Positions 49,569-57,428 are shown, counted from the stretch's first letter. The stretch: DNA of 63,122 bases from Terrimicrobiaceae bacterium (GCA_041752695.1 JBGSVZ010000126.1:1-63122), one strand, 5' to 3'. Numbers and translations are program-made. The notes: generated by a model from the sequence alone, not told the origin.

Positions 49569-50824
49569 GGAGCGCCAATGTCACCTCTGCGTTGCATCTG
49601 GTCAAAGAAGATTCCATCGGCGGCCCGATAAGCCTTGGCGCGAGCCTCAGCGAGGTCCCCGCCCAGGGCACTGACGCCCAACACCCGACCGCCATTGGTG
49701 ACCACCGCACCCTCGGAGTTTTTTGTGCCCGCGTGGAAAACCACCACATCTTCCAATGCTGCCACCGCGGCAAGACCGGTGATCGGTTTGTTTTTTTCGT
49801 ACGACCCCGGGTATCCTCCGGAGGCCAGCACAACACAGACGGCGGAGCGGTCGTCCCACACCGGGACCTGTGTCTCGAGCCGCCCATCCACACAGGCTTC
49901 CAGCAGGTCGAACAAATCGCTCTGCAGACGCCGGACAAACACCTGCGTCTCCGGGTCGCCGAATCGGCAATTGAACTCCAGCACTTTCGGGCCGTCAGCG
50001 GTCAGCATCAGCCCCGGGAAAAGCATGCCGTTGAACGCGAGTCCGTCGGCCTTAAGCCCGGCCATAAAGCGGTCCAGCACCTCGGTGCGAACGCGGGCGG
50101 TCAAGGCGGCATCCAACGAACCACAGGGCGAAATCGTTCCCATGCCGCCGGTGTTCGGACCCTGATTGCCGTCGAGGGCGCGTTTGTGATCGCGCGCGTC
50201 TGGAAAAAGATTATACGTCGCGCCATCAATCAAGGCATGGAGGGAACATTCCACGCCGCGCAAAAATTCCTCAATCACGATGCGGCGCCCGGAATCGCCG
50301 AAGACGGCCAGTTCCATGGATTGATGAATTGCCTCCGCCGCCTCCTCGGGCGTCTCCGCAATCACCACCCCCTTGCCCAGCGCGAGCCCATCGGCTTTGA
50401 TCACCAGAGGGTATTTGGCCATCAGACACCATTCGCGGGCCTCGTCGGCATCGGTAAACTCCCGCGCTTCCGCCGTGGGAATGCCATGACGGCGCATGAA
50501 TTCCTTGGCAAAAATCTTCGACGACTCGAGGCGGGCGGCCGACGCCGTCGGGCCGAAAATTTTCAACCCCGCCGCTTGAAAGACATCGACAATGCCGGCA
50601 GCCAGGGAATCGTCCGGCCCGACCACGGAAAACCCAACACCTTCACGCTGCGCGAAGGCGAGCAAACCCGGGATATCATCCGCGGCAATAGCGACGTTTT
50701 CCCCCACGAGAGCGGTGCCCGCATTGCCGGGCGCGATGAAGATTTTCTCGACGCGGGGGGATTGGGAAAGTTTCCACGCCAGGGCATGTTCCCTGCCCCC
50801 GGAGCCGATGATGAGCAGCTTCAT
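49565..50824 (-). CDS. purD: Phosphoribosylamine--glycine ligase
   Basis: GSGGREHAL, KADGLALGKGV, DHKR..DG..GPNTGGMG, EFNCRFGDPETQ, T.GGRVL. Confidence 0.98.
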   Translation of the reverse strand: MKLLIIGSGGREHALAWKLSQSPRVEKIFIAPGNAGTALVGENVAIAADDIPGLLAFAQREGVGFSVVGPDDSLAAGIVDVFQAAGLKIFGPTASAARLESSKIFAKEFMRRHGIPTAEAREFTDADEAREWCLMAKYPLVIKADGLALGKGVVIAETPEEAAEAIHQSMELAVFGDSGRRIVIEEFLRGVECSLHALIDGATYNLFPDARDHKRALDGNQGPNTGGMGTISPCGSLDAALTARVRTEVLDRFMAGLKADGLAFNGMLFPGLMLTADGPKVLEFNCRFGDPETQVFVRRLQSDLFDLLEACVDGRLETQVPVWDDRSAVCVVLASGGYPGSYEKNKPITGLAAVAALEDVVVFHAGTKNSEGAVVTNGGRVLGVSALGGDLAEARAKAYRAADGIFFDQMQRRGDIGAP

Positions 50825-50845
50825 AACAATATGAATCGTTTCTAG

Positions 50846-50905
50846 GGTAGGGACGTGTGGCCCACACGTCCGAAATTGAGGACGGCTGAGTCAGCCATCC
50901 CTACC
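50846..50905. repeat. Inverted REP doublet (REPIN-like)
   Basis: GGTAG-GGACGTGTG-GCC-CACACGTCC ... GGACGGCTG-AGT-CAGCCATCC-CTACC. Confidence 0.75.
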
Positions 50906-50939
50906 GGTTTTGGAACGTTTAGAGTTGGCACCACCTTTG

Positions 50940-51614
50940 TCAGGGTCGGCCAAAGACCAGCGCCGTTTGCTCAACCGGCAGAGTTTGCCGGGTCAGGAGG
51001 ACTGAGGAGCCGGGCAGCGGATACGTCCGGGACACAAACGTCTCCCGGCCCATCGGAATGATCACCCTGGGCCGCAGTTGAGACACCGCCGCCGCGCTCG
51101 CCCGGCCCGCCGGGGCGAAAAGCACGTCCACCGATCCGATCTGCAGGACCTGGGACGGCGTGAGTTCGCTCTGCAAATGACCCAGGAAACAAAAGCGAAT
51201 TCCCTCCAGAGTCCAGACGAAGACCAGATTCATGCTCTCCGGTGTTTCGACTTCGGGGTTTTTGAAGGTCGGGATTCCCCGGAAGCGCAGGCCCGTGGCA
51301 TTGTTCGCGCCCATGCCCACCGCACCGCGAAAAACGGTGGGGGAGTTGTCAAAGGCATCCACATTATTGGAGTCCGAGCGTTCGGTGGAGATCAGAACGA
51401 TGTCGGGACGCTGGTCTCCTGGGAACCCGCTGGAATACGGATTGGTGATGATTTTCGTCCCCAGCGCCGAGGTGATGCGGAAGCTCTGCTGGCCCAGCCA
51501 ATCCACGCGGACCTCCCGGGATGGCGTCGTGGTTGGGGCAGGCTCGCGGCCGCCACAACCGGTGAAAATCGTCAACGCCGCCAGCGCAATAGGAAGAAGA
51601 GAACGCAATATCAT
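50940..51614 (-). CDS. MBL-fold lipoprotein with degenerate metal-binding motifs
   Basis: Lipobox FTGC. Lactamase_B_3-like layout (WLG..SF.I, PY, D.V.IS, G..F..LG.L, VD.L..P.G, L.PR..IPM) but the His ligands are replaced. Confidence 0.78.
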   Translation of the reverse strand: MILRSLLPIALAALTIFTGCGGREPAPTTTPSREVRVDWLGQQSFRITSALGTKIITNPYSSGFPGDQRPDIVLISTERSDSNNVDAFDNSPTVFRGAVGMGANNATGLRFRGIPTFKNPEVETPESMNLVFVWTLEGIRFCFLGHLQSELTPSQVLQIGSVDVLFAPAGRASAAAVSQLRPRVIIPMGRETFVSRTYPLPGSSVLLTRQTLPVEQTALVFGRP

Positions 51615-51684
51615 CAGAATTCTGGATCAAAAACACCGACGGTCTCCCGCCCGCGAACCCCTATTTCTCACCAGCAAACACGTT

Positions 51685-51704
51685 GGAGTCCAGCCTTTAG
51701 GCTG
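51685..51704 (+). repeat. REP-like element (GGAG foot + hairpin)
   Basis: GGAG-TC-CAGCCT-TT-AGGCTG. Confidence 0.55.
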
Positions 51705-51761
51705 TCTTTTTCCCCGTCCAAGGACGAAATCCAGGTCTCTCTTCAAAGCAGTTGGGCACCG

Positions 51762-52055
51762 CTAAAGCCGAGGCGGTTTCGCCCTGGCCCCGTGCCAGAT
51801 TTTCAGAATCTCCACCGTCTGCCGCCTTTCAAGAACACGGTAGTAAATCCGATAAGGAGGGAACGGGAACGTGTAGAGCTCGCGCGAGAGGTCAAAAATC
51901 GCCCCACGGCGCGGCGAAGTTGCCAGAAGCTCCGCTTTGTGAACCAAGCTGTCGCCGAAGCGAACCGCAGCGCGGTGATCGTCACGAGCAATCCACCGGA
52001 CAAGCCGGGCAAGATCCTTCAGCGCCCGTTTTTGGAAGATGACTCGGAAGCCCAT
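51762..52055 (-). CDS. Type II toxin, RelE/ParE family
   Basis: V.F...A..DL..L...IA.D...AA, L...P..G, YRIYYRV......VEIL.IWHGAR. Confidence 0.9.
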   Translation of the reverse strand: MGFRVIFQKRALKDLARLVRWIARDDHRAAVRFGDSLVHKAELLATSPRRGAIFDLSRELYTFPFPPYRIYYRVLERRQTVEILKIWHGARAKPPRL

Positions 52056-52255
52056 TGGCGAATCAAGGTGCGGACTTCCTCGGTGGACTTTCCAGCTTCG
52101 GGAAAGGCATCGGCTTCCGCGATGGCTTCGTCAAGTTCCTGTTCCAGAGCCGAGTTCTGGCCAAACCTTCGGGCGATGAACCAAGACTCCAAACGTTCCC
52201 GATCCTCCTCCGGCAGGGATTCGATGGCGGCTTCGATTTCGGCAACGCTGCTCAC
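52019..52255 (-). CDS. Putative antitoxin of the ParE-type toxin
   Basis: Small acidic ORF (VSSVAEIEAAIESLP...ADAFP..GKS.EEV...I..WASESSS) whose 3' end overlaps the toxin start. TTGCCA-17-TACCAC promoter-like sequence upstream. Confidence 0.78.
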   Translation of the reverse strand: MSSVAEIEAAIESLPEEDRERLESWFIARRFGQNSALEQELDEAIAEADAFPEAGKSTEEVRTLIRQWASESSSKNGR

Positions 52256-52314
52256 AAATGAAGTGGTAGCACGAAGAGGAGAGGCTGGCAAGGTCGTCAT
52301 GCCCATCTCCCTGC

Positions 52315-52437
52315 ATCCTGGGCGCTTCGAATCGCAGCCTCGTATCAAAAATCCTAAACGGTTCCCACCGCACCACCGCCGACCACGCCCGCAAGCTGGG
52401 AGACCGTTTTGCCCTGGACCCGGGAGCGTTCCTGTAA
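52315..52437 (+). pseudogene. 3' remnant of a HigA-like HTH antitoxin
   Basis: Translates ILGASNRSLVSKILNGSHRTTADHARKLGDRFALDPGAFL*. No start codon or N-terminal part. Confidence 0.6.
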
Positions 52438-52754
52438 CAAAGCCGGGCGTGGTACCAGAGCGCTTGATCTGACGCTATGCATCTGAATCAAACGATTCTC
52501 GTGGCAAGTCGCTGGACGCAGGTATTTCTTCGGGGGCACGGAAAGAGTCATCGTCAATTCATCCATAAAAGCAATCCAACGCGCCGCGCGCGGGAGATCG
52601 CTGCTCCCCAGTCGTTGCGCTTAGCCCATCCCCGGCCAATTTCCCTGCGATAAAGTGATGAGGCGGGAGTGGTTTTTCCATCAGGGAAAATTAACCTTCC
52701 GACAATCCAAAGCAAGTGAAGTGCGGGAACTACGTGGTCACCAATAGCCATCTC

Positions 52755-53675
52755 TCATCGCAATTGCGATTGCCGGTGACGCCGCAAAAATTCCAGCGAG
52801 GGCCGCATGGTGGCCGCCGGGTCGAACTGCAAATGCCGCCCGGAGTACGAACTTAGCCGCAACGCTTCAGGGCCATTCTCCGTAAACGTGCGTGCGTTGA
52901 CGACGATCCGCCAATGGTCGTCCACCGCCCATAAGCCTTCATCGAACATCCAGTGAGCGTTTTTGCTGAGAGCGAGTCCGTTGGCGGGATCGTCGTTTTG
53001 GTTTTCCCGCCATGGCTCAATGTGAGCAGCATCCACGATACTCGCTTCGCTCCCCGCGATGCAGCGATAGCCGGTGAGGGCACAGGTGAACCGGTATTCC
53101 GAACAGACACGCACCGAGAAGCGGGCGCTGCGCCCTTTGCGTTTCGCGAATTCCTCGGCGTCTTCCTTCAGGCGGTTGGAGGACGATTCCCTCCGCTCGC
53201 TGGCTTGAATCCCCAAGCTTTCCAGCAGTGCCACCCGTTCGAGCGGTTCGAAGTATTTGGCAATGAGAACCAACCTCGCCTTTAGGCGAAACCCGGCGTC
53301 TCCGAGCAGTTCAAAAAAATCGGCGTTCATTTCACAGACCGCACAATGATCCGGAGAAACTGCGGGCTGCATCCCGGCGTCGAATGCGTCCCAAAAGTTT
53401 TGGGTTTTCAGGTGGAAGAAAGGCATTTTGAGATCTAGGCGTGACGGCCAACGGCCTACAACTAGCGCACCGTAACTGCGAAAGCGCAAAACCAGACCGG
53501 GACTGCGGGAAAATACCCGCGTCGGGAACTCTCCGCTTTCGGTCATATCGAGGAGGCAAAGAAGAAGAAGCGGTTTGTGGGGAGCCTTGCCCCGGCATTC
53601 TCCCCGGCCAGTTGCGGGATTGAGGCTGGTTAATTTTCCCAGCCAGCGTTTGGCCGACTCTTCAGATGCGGGCAT
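52755..53675 (-). CDS. HNH endonuclease with N-terminal SBD-like domain (putative type IV / phosphorothioate-dependent restriction enzyme)
   Basis: APHKPLLLL and PFFHL N-terminal motifs. CALTG, DAAHI.P and NGLAL..N.H..FD.G HNH motifs. Confidence 0.85.
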   Translation of the reverse strand: MPASEESAKRWLGKLTSLNPATGRGECRGKAPHKPLLLLCLLDMTESGEFPTRVFSRSPGLVLRFRSYGALVVGRWPSRLDLKMPFFHLKTQNFWDAFDAGMQPAVSPDHCAVCEMNADFFELLGDAGFRLKARLVLIAKYFEPLERVALLESLGIQASERRESSSNRLKEDAEEFAKRKGRSARFSVRVCSEYRFTCALTGYRCIAGSEASIVDAAHIEPWRENQNDDPANGLALSKNAHWMFDEGLWAVDDHWRIVVNARTFTENGPEALRLSSYSGRHLQFDPAATMRPSLEFLRRHRQSQLR

Positions 53676-53788
53676 CACCTTTTGTAGCTTTCCAGAGGAA
53701 TGAGGCGAAGGGAAAATAGCTCCAAGGAATGCAGAACCGATCACGAGATGATGGCCATACCCGTCGGCAGACATGCCGGTCTGGCAGG

Positions 53789-54030
53789 TCAGTGTTTCTG
53801 CGTTGGGGCGGAGGATTTCACTCTTTGGCGGATTTCCGCGAGGAGCTTGCGGCCCCGTGCCGGGTCGCCGCGTTTTTGACGCGTAAGGAACCGGGCATCA
53901 GCCTGGCGTTCGGCGAGCACGTGGGTCACAAAATTGTCGAACAACCTTTGCACACTAATACCGGAATACTAGGCGCGCCAAGGAGCGCCTTGTGTTTCGA
54001 TTCGTCGCAGCGATAGGGGATGGTTTTGAT
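53789..54030 (-). pseudogene. Disrupted RHH (HicB-annotated type) antitoxin
   Basis: (I)KTIPYRCDESKHKALL, then a -1 frameshift and an in-frame TAG at 53971-53969, then YSGISVQRLFDNFVTHVLAERQADARFLTRQKRGDPARGRKLLAEI. Confidence 0.65.
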
Positions 54031-54056
54031 TTTGCGAGTGAGATGATTAATGGACG

Positions 54057-55397
54057 TCAGCCCGTCAGCGCACGCGCATGGCGCGCCGCGATTTCGGCAA
54101 ATTCGGCGGACACCTTATCCGCGCCGGCAAGCTGTTCCCAGAACGTCAGCGCCAAGTCCCGCTCCCGACTGGCGGGAGCCTTCGCGCAAAGAGCCAGTTG
54201 CGTTTCCTGCGCCCCGGGAATTTGACCCTGACTCCCGGGCCGATAAGCCATGGGAAGCATGTCGTAGATCGGCGCCAGGCGCACCGGTCGCTCCGGCGTA
54301 AAAATCAAACTCGCATTCCCCTCGTGCATATCGGTATTGGCGATCAACCGGCCAAACCGCCAGGCTGAGGCAAGGTGGTCCGCATCACTCTCCACCAGCC
54401 ATCCCTGCTCCCGCATCGCCCTGGCGTAGTCAGGCCACGGAAAGCCAATCCCATCAAGGAGAGCGGAGGCGACTGCGCGCAGAGAAATGACGGGCAGACG
54501 GCCGCAGGCGGCGGTGCGGTCAAACCGCTCCACTTCCAGAAACCGCTGTCCGCCCGCGTCAATCACCTCACTCCGGGCCACGGCAAAGCCGTTGGCGGAC
54601 AAGACCAAACCTGCCACATGTTCGGCAACCAACAGATCTGCCCAGCGCCGACCGATGGGCTCAGCCATCGAGGTGGAGAATTTCACAATGAGCCGCCGGA
54701 CATCATCTCCCATCAGCTCCACGACAAATTTGGGTTGTTCTCCACCCGCCGAAGACCCGATCAGTTCCCCCCGCAGCGCGCCCGCGGCCAGCTCCGGATA
54801 ACGAACCGCCCGATCCGCCATCGCGATGGCAGCGGGCTGTGAAGCGAGAGCGGAAGCCAGGGCATCCCTGCCAAGCGCAAAAGCGCCGGGGAAATCCCCT
54901 CCAAAGCGGAGCATCGCCTCCACGACCGCACGCCCGCCCCAGTTTGCCGGGTTGTCGGCTTGCTCCAGCTCCGCGGCATGCTTGCGAGCGAAGGCACGCC
55001 CGAGAAACCCCTGCGGCCGGTAATCGTCGAGAAACCACGGGATATCCGGGAAAATGTCGCCGGGGAATTCCGGGGTGGTGAAGGAGATCCATCGAGAACC
55101 CGCGCCGTCCAGCCAGTAGCCGCCATTCAGGAGGGCATGGAGGCGGCCGAACTGTTCCGGCTGCCCATCAACGCCGATCATAAAAAGCGGCCAGTTCGTC
55201 CCGAGGCGGCCGATCGGGTTGCTTAAGGCATATCTGGCCCCGCGGCGACTCCCGAAACGCAACAAAGCATCTCCAAATTGATTCAGGGCACGGGAAATCG
55301 TCGGCTGACTGACACCGGCCGCTCTGGCCAGATCATCCGCACTCACCACACCATGTTGTCGGAATACGACACGGAGACGCTGCAAATCGAGGCGCAT
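54057..55397 (-). CDS. yjjJ: HipA-family kinase toxin YjjJ (HipH) with N-terminal HTH
   Basis: HTH LARAAGVSQPTISRAL, PWFL.D.RPQGFLGR, SSAGGEQPKF, RW.DLL.AEH, NTDMH.GN, LAP.YDMLPM. Confidence 0.92.
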   Translation of the reverse strand: MRLDLQRLRVVFRQHGVVSADDLARAAGVSQPTISRALNQFGDALLRFGSRRGARYALSNPIGRLGTNWPLFMIGVDGQPEQFGRLHALLNGGYWLDGAGSRWISFTTPEFPGDIFPDIPWFLDDYRPQGFLGRAFARKHAAELEQADNPANWGGRAVVEAMLRFGGDFPGAFALGRDALASALASQPAAIAMADRAVRYPELAAGALRGELIGSSAGGEQPKFVVELMGDDVRRLIVKFSTSMAEPIGRRWADLLVAEHVAGLVLSANGFAVARSEVIDAGGQRFLEVERFDRTAACGRLPVISLRAVASALLDGIGFPWPDYARAMREQGWLVESDADHLASAWRFGRLIANTDMHEGNASLIFTPERPVRLAPIYDMLPMAYRPGSQGQIPGAQETQLALCAKAPASRERDLALTFWEQLAGADKVSAEFAEIAARHARALTG

Positions 55398-55405
55398 AAT
55401 CCAAG

Positions 55406-55440
55406 AATGAATAATAACGAGTTTTTATTCATTTTTGCAA
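55406..55440 (-). promoter_or_regulatory. yjjJ promoter with overlapping 13-bp inverted repeat (putative operator)
   Basis: AATGAATAATAAC-GA-GTTTTTATTCATT overlaps the spacer and -10 of TTGCAA...TATTAT on the minus strand. Confidence 0.65.
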
Positions 55441-55574
55441 GCTCCTGTTTACCAACAACCTGCGGGCCGCCTTTCTCCCGAGTGAATAAAAACATATTCT
55501 TGCGGTCGCTGTCAGGGCAAGTGCTGCGTTCCTGAACCTTTTTTGCGGCTATCCAGGAGTGTATTCAGGAAAGC

Positions 55575-55626
55575 TGTAGCCGCCCCACTCCGTTGGGGCG
55601 CACGGCAACGGAGTGTCGTGACGACA
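55575..55626. repeat. Inverted REP doublet with complementary loops
   Basis: TGTAG-C-CGCCCCA-CTCCGT-TGGGGCG / CACGGCA-ACGGAG-TGTCGTG-ACGACA. Confidence 0.65.
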
Positions 55627-55680
55627 ATTTAGCGGCCACACAAAAAGTTATACCGTTCTAAAGACCCTCAGAAGCCCTGC

Positions 55681-55717
55681 AAAAAAAATCCCGCGCCGGG
55701 CTAAACCGGACGCGGGA
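55681..55717 (-). terminator. Intrinsic terminator after rplV
   Basis: Minus strand TCCCGCG-T-CCGG-TTTAGC-CCGG-CGCGGGA followed by T8. Confidence 0.85.
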
Positions 55718-55758
55718 AAATTTTGCTCGGCATTTCCGTGAGGAATGCCGGGAGATCG

Positions 55759-56229
55759 TTATTTCGACTCTTCCGTCGATTCTGCGGCAGGAGCCGGAGC
55801 GGCTTCCGCGGCGGGCGCGACTTCCTTTTTGGGAGCCTTTTTCGCGGCGGGCTTTTTCGATTTTTTGGCGGCGGTTTTGTCGCGGCGTTTGATTTCGATT
55901 TCGTCCGTCAGGATGATGCGGATGTGGCTGGTCCGCTTGCGGATCGGGCCGGCGCTGCCGCGGGCCTTGGGCTGGAAGCGATTGAAGGTGGGGCCTTCGC
56001 CGACCACCGCCTCCTTCACCACGAGATTCGCGACGTTCAGGTTATTGTTGTTTTCCGCGTTCGCCACGGCGCTGGCCAGGGTCTTAAGAACCATGGGAGC
56101 GGCTTTTTTGGGCACGAAGCGGAGCAAGTCGAGGGCGTCCGTGGCGGGAAGTCCTTGGATGGCACGCGTGACCTCACGGGCCTTGAAGGCAGAGATCCGC
56201 GCATTGCGGTAGATGGATTTAACTTGCAT
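55759..56229 (-). CDS. rplV: 50S ribosomal protein uL22 with Lys/Ala/Pro-rich C-terminal extension
   Basis: ARIS..K.R.V, SA.ANAENN, V.EGP, P.ARG.A..I.KRTSHI. Confidence 0.97.
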   Translation of the reverse strand: MQVKSIYRNARISAFKAREVTRAIQGLPATDALDLLRFVPKKAAPMVLKTLASAVANAENNNNLNVANLVVKEAVVGEGPTFNRFQPKARGSAGPIRKRTSHIRIILTDEIEIKRRDKTAAKKSKKPAAKKAPKKEVAPAAEAAPAPAAESTEESK

Positions 56230-56346
56230 AACTTGGAGTGGCGAGTGAAAGGGCCTGGTGAAAAGGGGTAGCTAAGAGGGTTTCCCTCCGGGTCTTGGCC
56301 TTTTCGCTAGGCACTAATTTTTATTTTTTCTTGAGACTGAGATTGT

Positions 56347-57144
56347 TTATTGCCGGGCGTCCACTTTGAGGCGGTCGCCGGTTTTGACTGGTGTCTTTTC
56401 CGAATCGAGACTCTGAATAATGGCTCCGCAGATGCGATCACGAACGTCCACGACGCGCACGACGCCGATGCGTTTGTTACCGCGCCAGACCTGGAAGGGC
56501 ATGCCGATTTGCACACCATGCTTTTCCCCCACGTTGCCGACGACCAGGGCAAGCTCGTCTTTCATATCGACGATCATGCCATCGTTGAGCGTGGCTTCGA
56601 CGGGTTCCGCCTTGCCGGCGGCGGGTGCGCCCAAGACTTCGTTGGTTTTGCGCAGTTCGGTTTCCACACTCATCCGCACTTGGGGATCGATCTGTTCCGT
56701 ACTTTTCATCAGCATCTGGATCGATTCCGTCAGTCGGAGGAGCTGATTGACCGCACTTTCGTGCCGTTCTTTAAGCAGGCGGAGGTCGCGGACGGCGGCA
56801 AGGAGCCGTTGCTCCAGCTTGCCTTCGTCTTTTTCCACTCCGGCGATGCCCAGGGCTTCGATACGCAGGGAAAGTTCATTGGACTGGCGTTTGAAAGCCT
56901 CGGCCTCGCTATTCGAGATGGCTAGGCTTTCCGTGAGCGATTTGATCGCAGAGCGAAGCAGAATGTTTTGTTCCTGCAACGCATCCGCGTCATCGCGGGC
57001 TCTTTGTTGAGCAGGAGGCACGGTAATCGTGGCCCCTTGCGCAAAGAGCATATCAGAGTCTGTCAAAGATCGGCTGCCCTCGGCCCCGAGCCTTCCGGCT
57101 AGGAGGAGAGCGAGAAGTCCCGCCGCCGTGGCAGCGAGCTTCAT
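56347..57144 (-). CDS. Hypothetical exported coiled-coil protein with C-terminal beta domain, inserted in the S10 operon
   Basis: Starts 3 nt after the rpsS stop. Signal peptide, heptad-rich middle, C-terminal V.N.G...GV..G..F.V.R....IG.V.V..V...V..GD. Confidence 0.85.
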   Translation of the reverse strand: MKLAATAAGLLALLLAGRLGAEGSRSLTDSDMLFAQGATITVPPAQQRARDDADALQEQNILLRSAIKSLTESLAISNSEAEAFKRQSNELSLRIEALGIAGVEKDEGKLEQRLLAAVRDLRLLKERHESAVNQLLRLTESIQMLMKSTEQIDPQVRMSVETELRKTNEVLGAPAAGKAEPVEATLNDGMIVDMKDELALVVGNVGEKHGVQIGMPFQVWRGNKRIGVVRVVDVRDRICGAIIQSLDSEKTPVKTGDRLKVDARQ

Positions 57145-57147
57145 AAA

Positions 57148-57426
57148 CTACTTGGTCACTTTGGCGGTGTGAGAACCGTGTTTCTTAAAGATGCGGGTCG
57201 GGGCAAATTCCCCGAGCTTGTGGCCGACCATGTTCTCGGTGACGAACACGGGGATGAAAGTCTTCCCATTATGCACATTGAAGGTGTGTCCGACGAAGTC
57301 GGGAGTCACTGTGCTGCGGCGCGACCAGGTCTTGATCGGTTTTTTCACCGCGGAATCGTTCATCTTGTCGATTTTATCGAGGAGTTTCCACTCCACGAAC
57401 GGGCCTTTTTTGAGTGAGCGTGCCAT
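57148..57426 (-). CDS. rpsS: 30S ribosomal protein uS19
   Basis: [35 protein letters not shown]. Confidence 0.99.
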   Translation of the reverse strand: MARSLKKGPFVEWKLLDKIDKMNDSAVKKPIKTWSRRSTVTPDFVGHTFNVHNGKTFIPVFVTENMVGHKLGEFAPTRIFKKHGSHTAKVTK

Positions 57427-57428
57427 GA

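Noticed and set aside
51078..52472. 464-aa plus-strand ORF across the TA region
   Set aside because: Overlaps three better-supported minus-strand genes and a REP; Arg/Pro-rich non-protein-like composition.
52440..52751. Short ORFs between the HigA remnant and the HNH gene
   Set aside because: No recognisable motifs in any frame I translated; possibly decayed DNA.
56331..56346. TTGAGACTGAGATTGT as a Fur-like box upstream of rplV
   Set aside because: Only one arm matches; no dyad symmetry.
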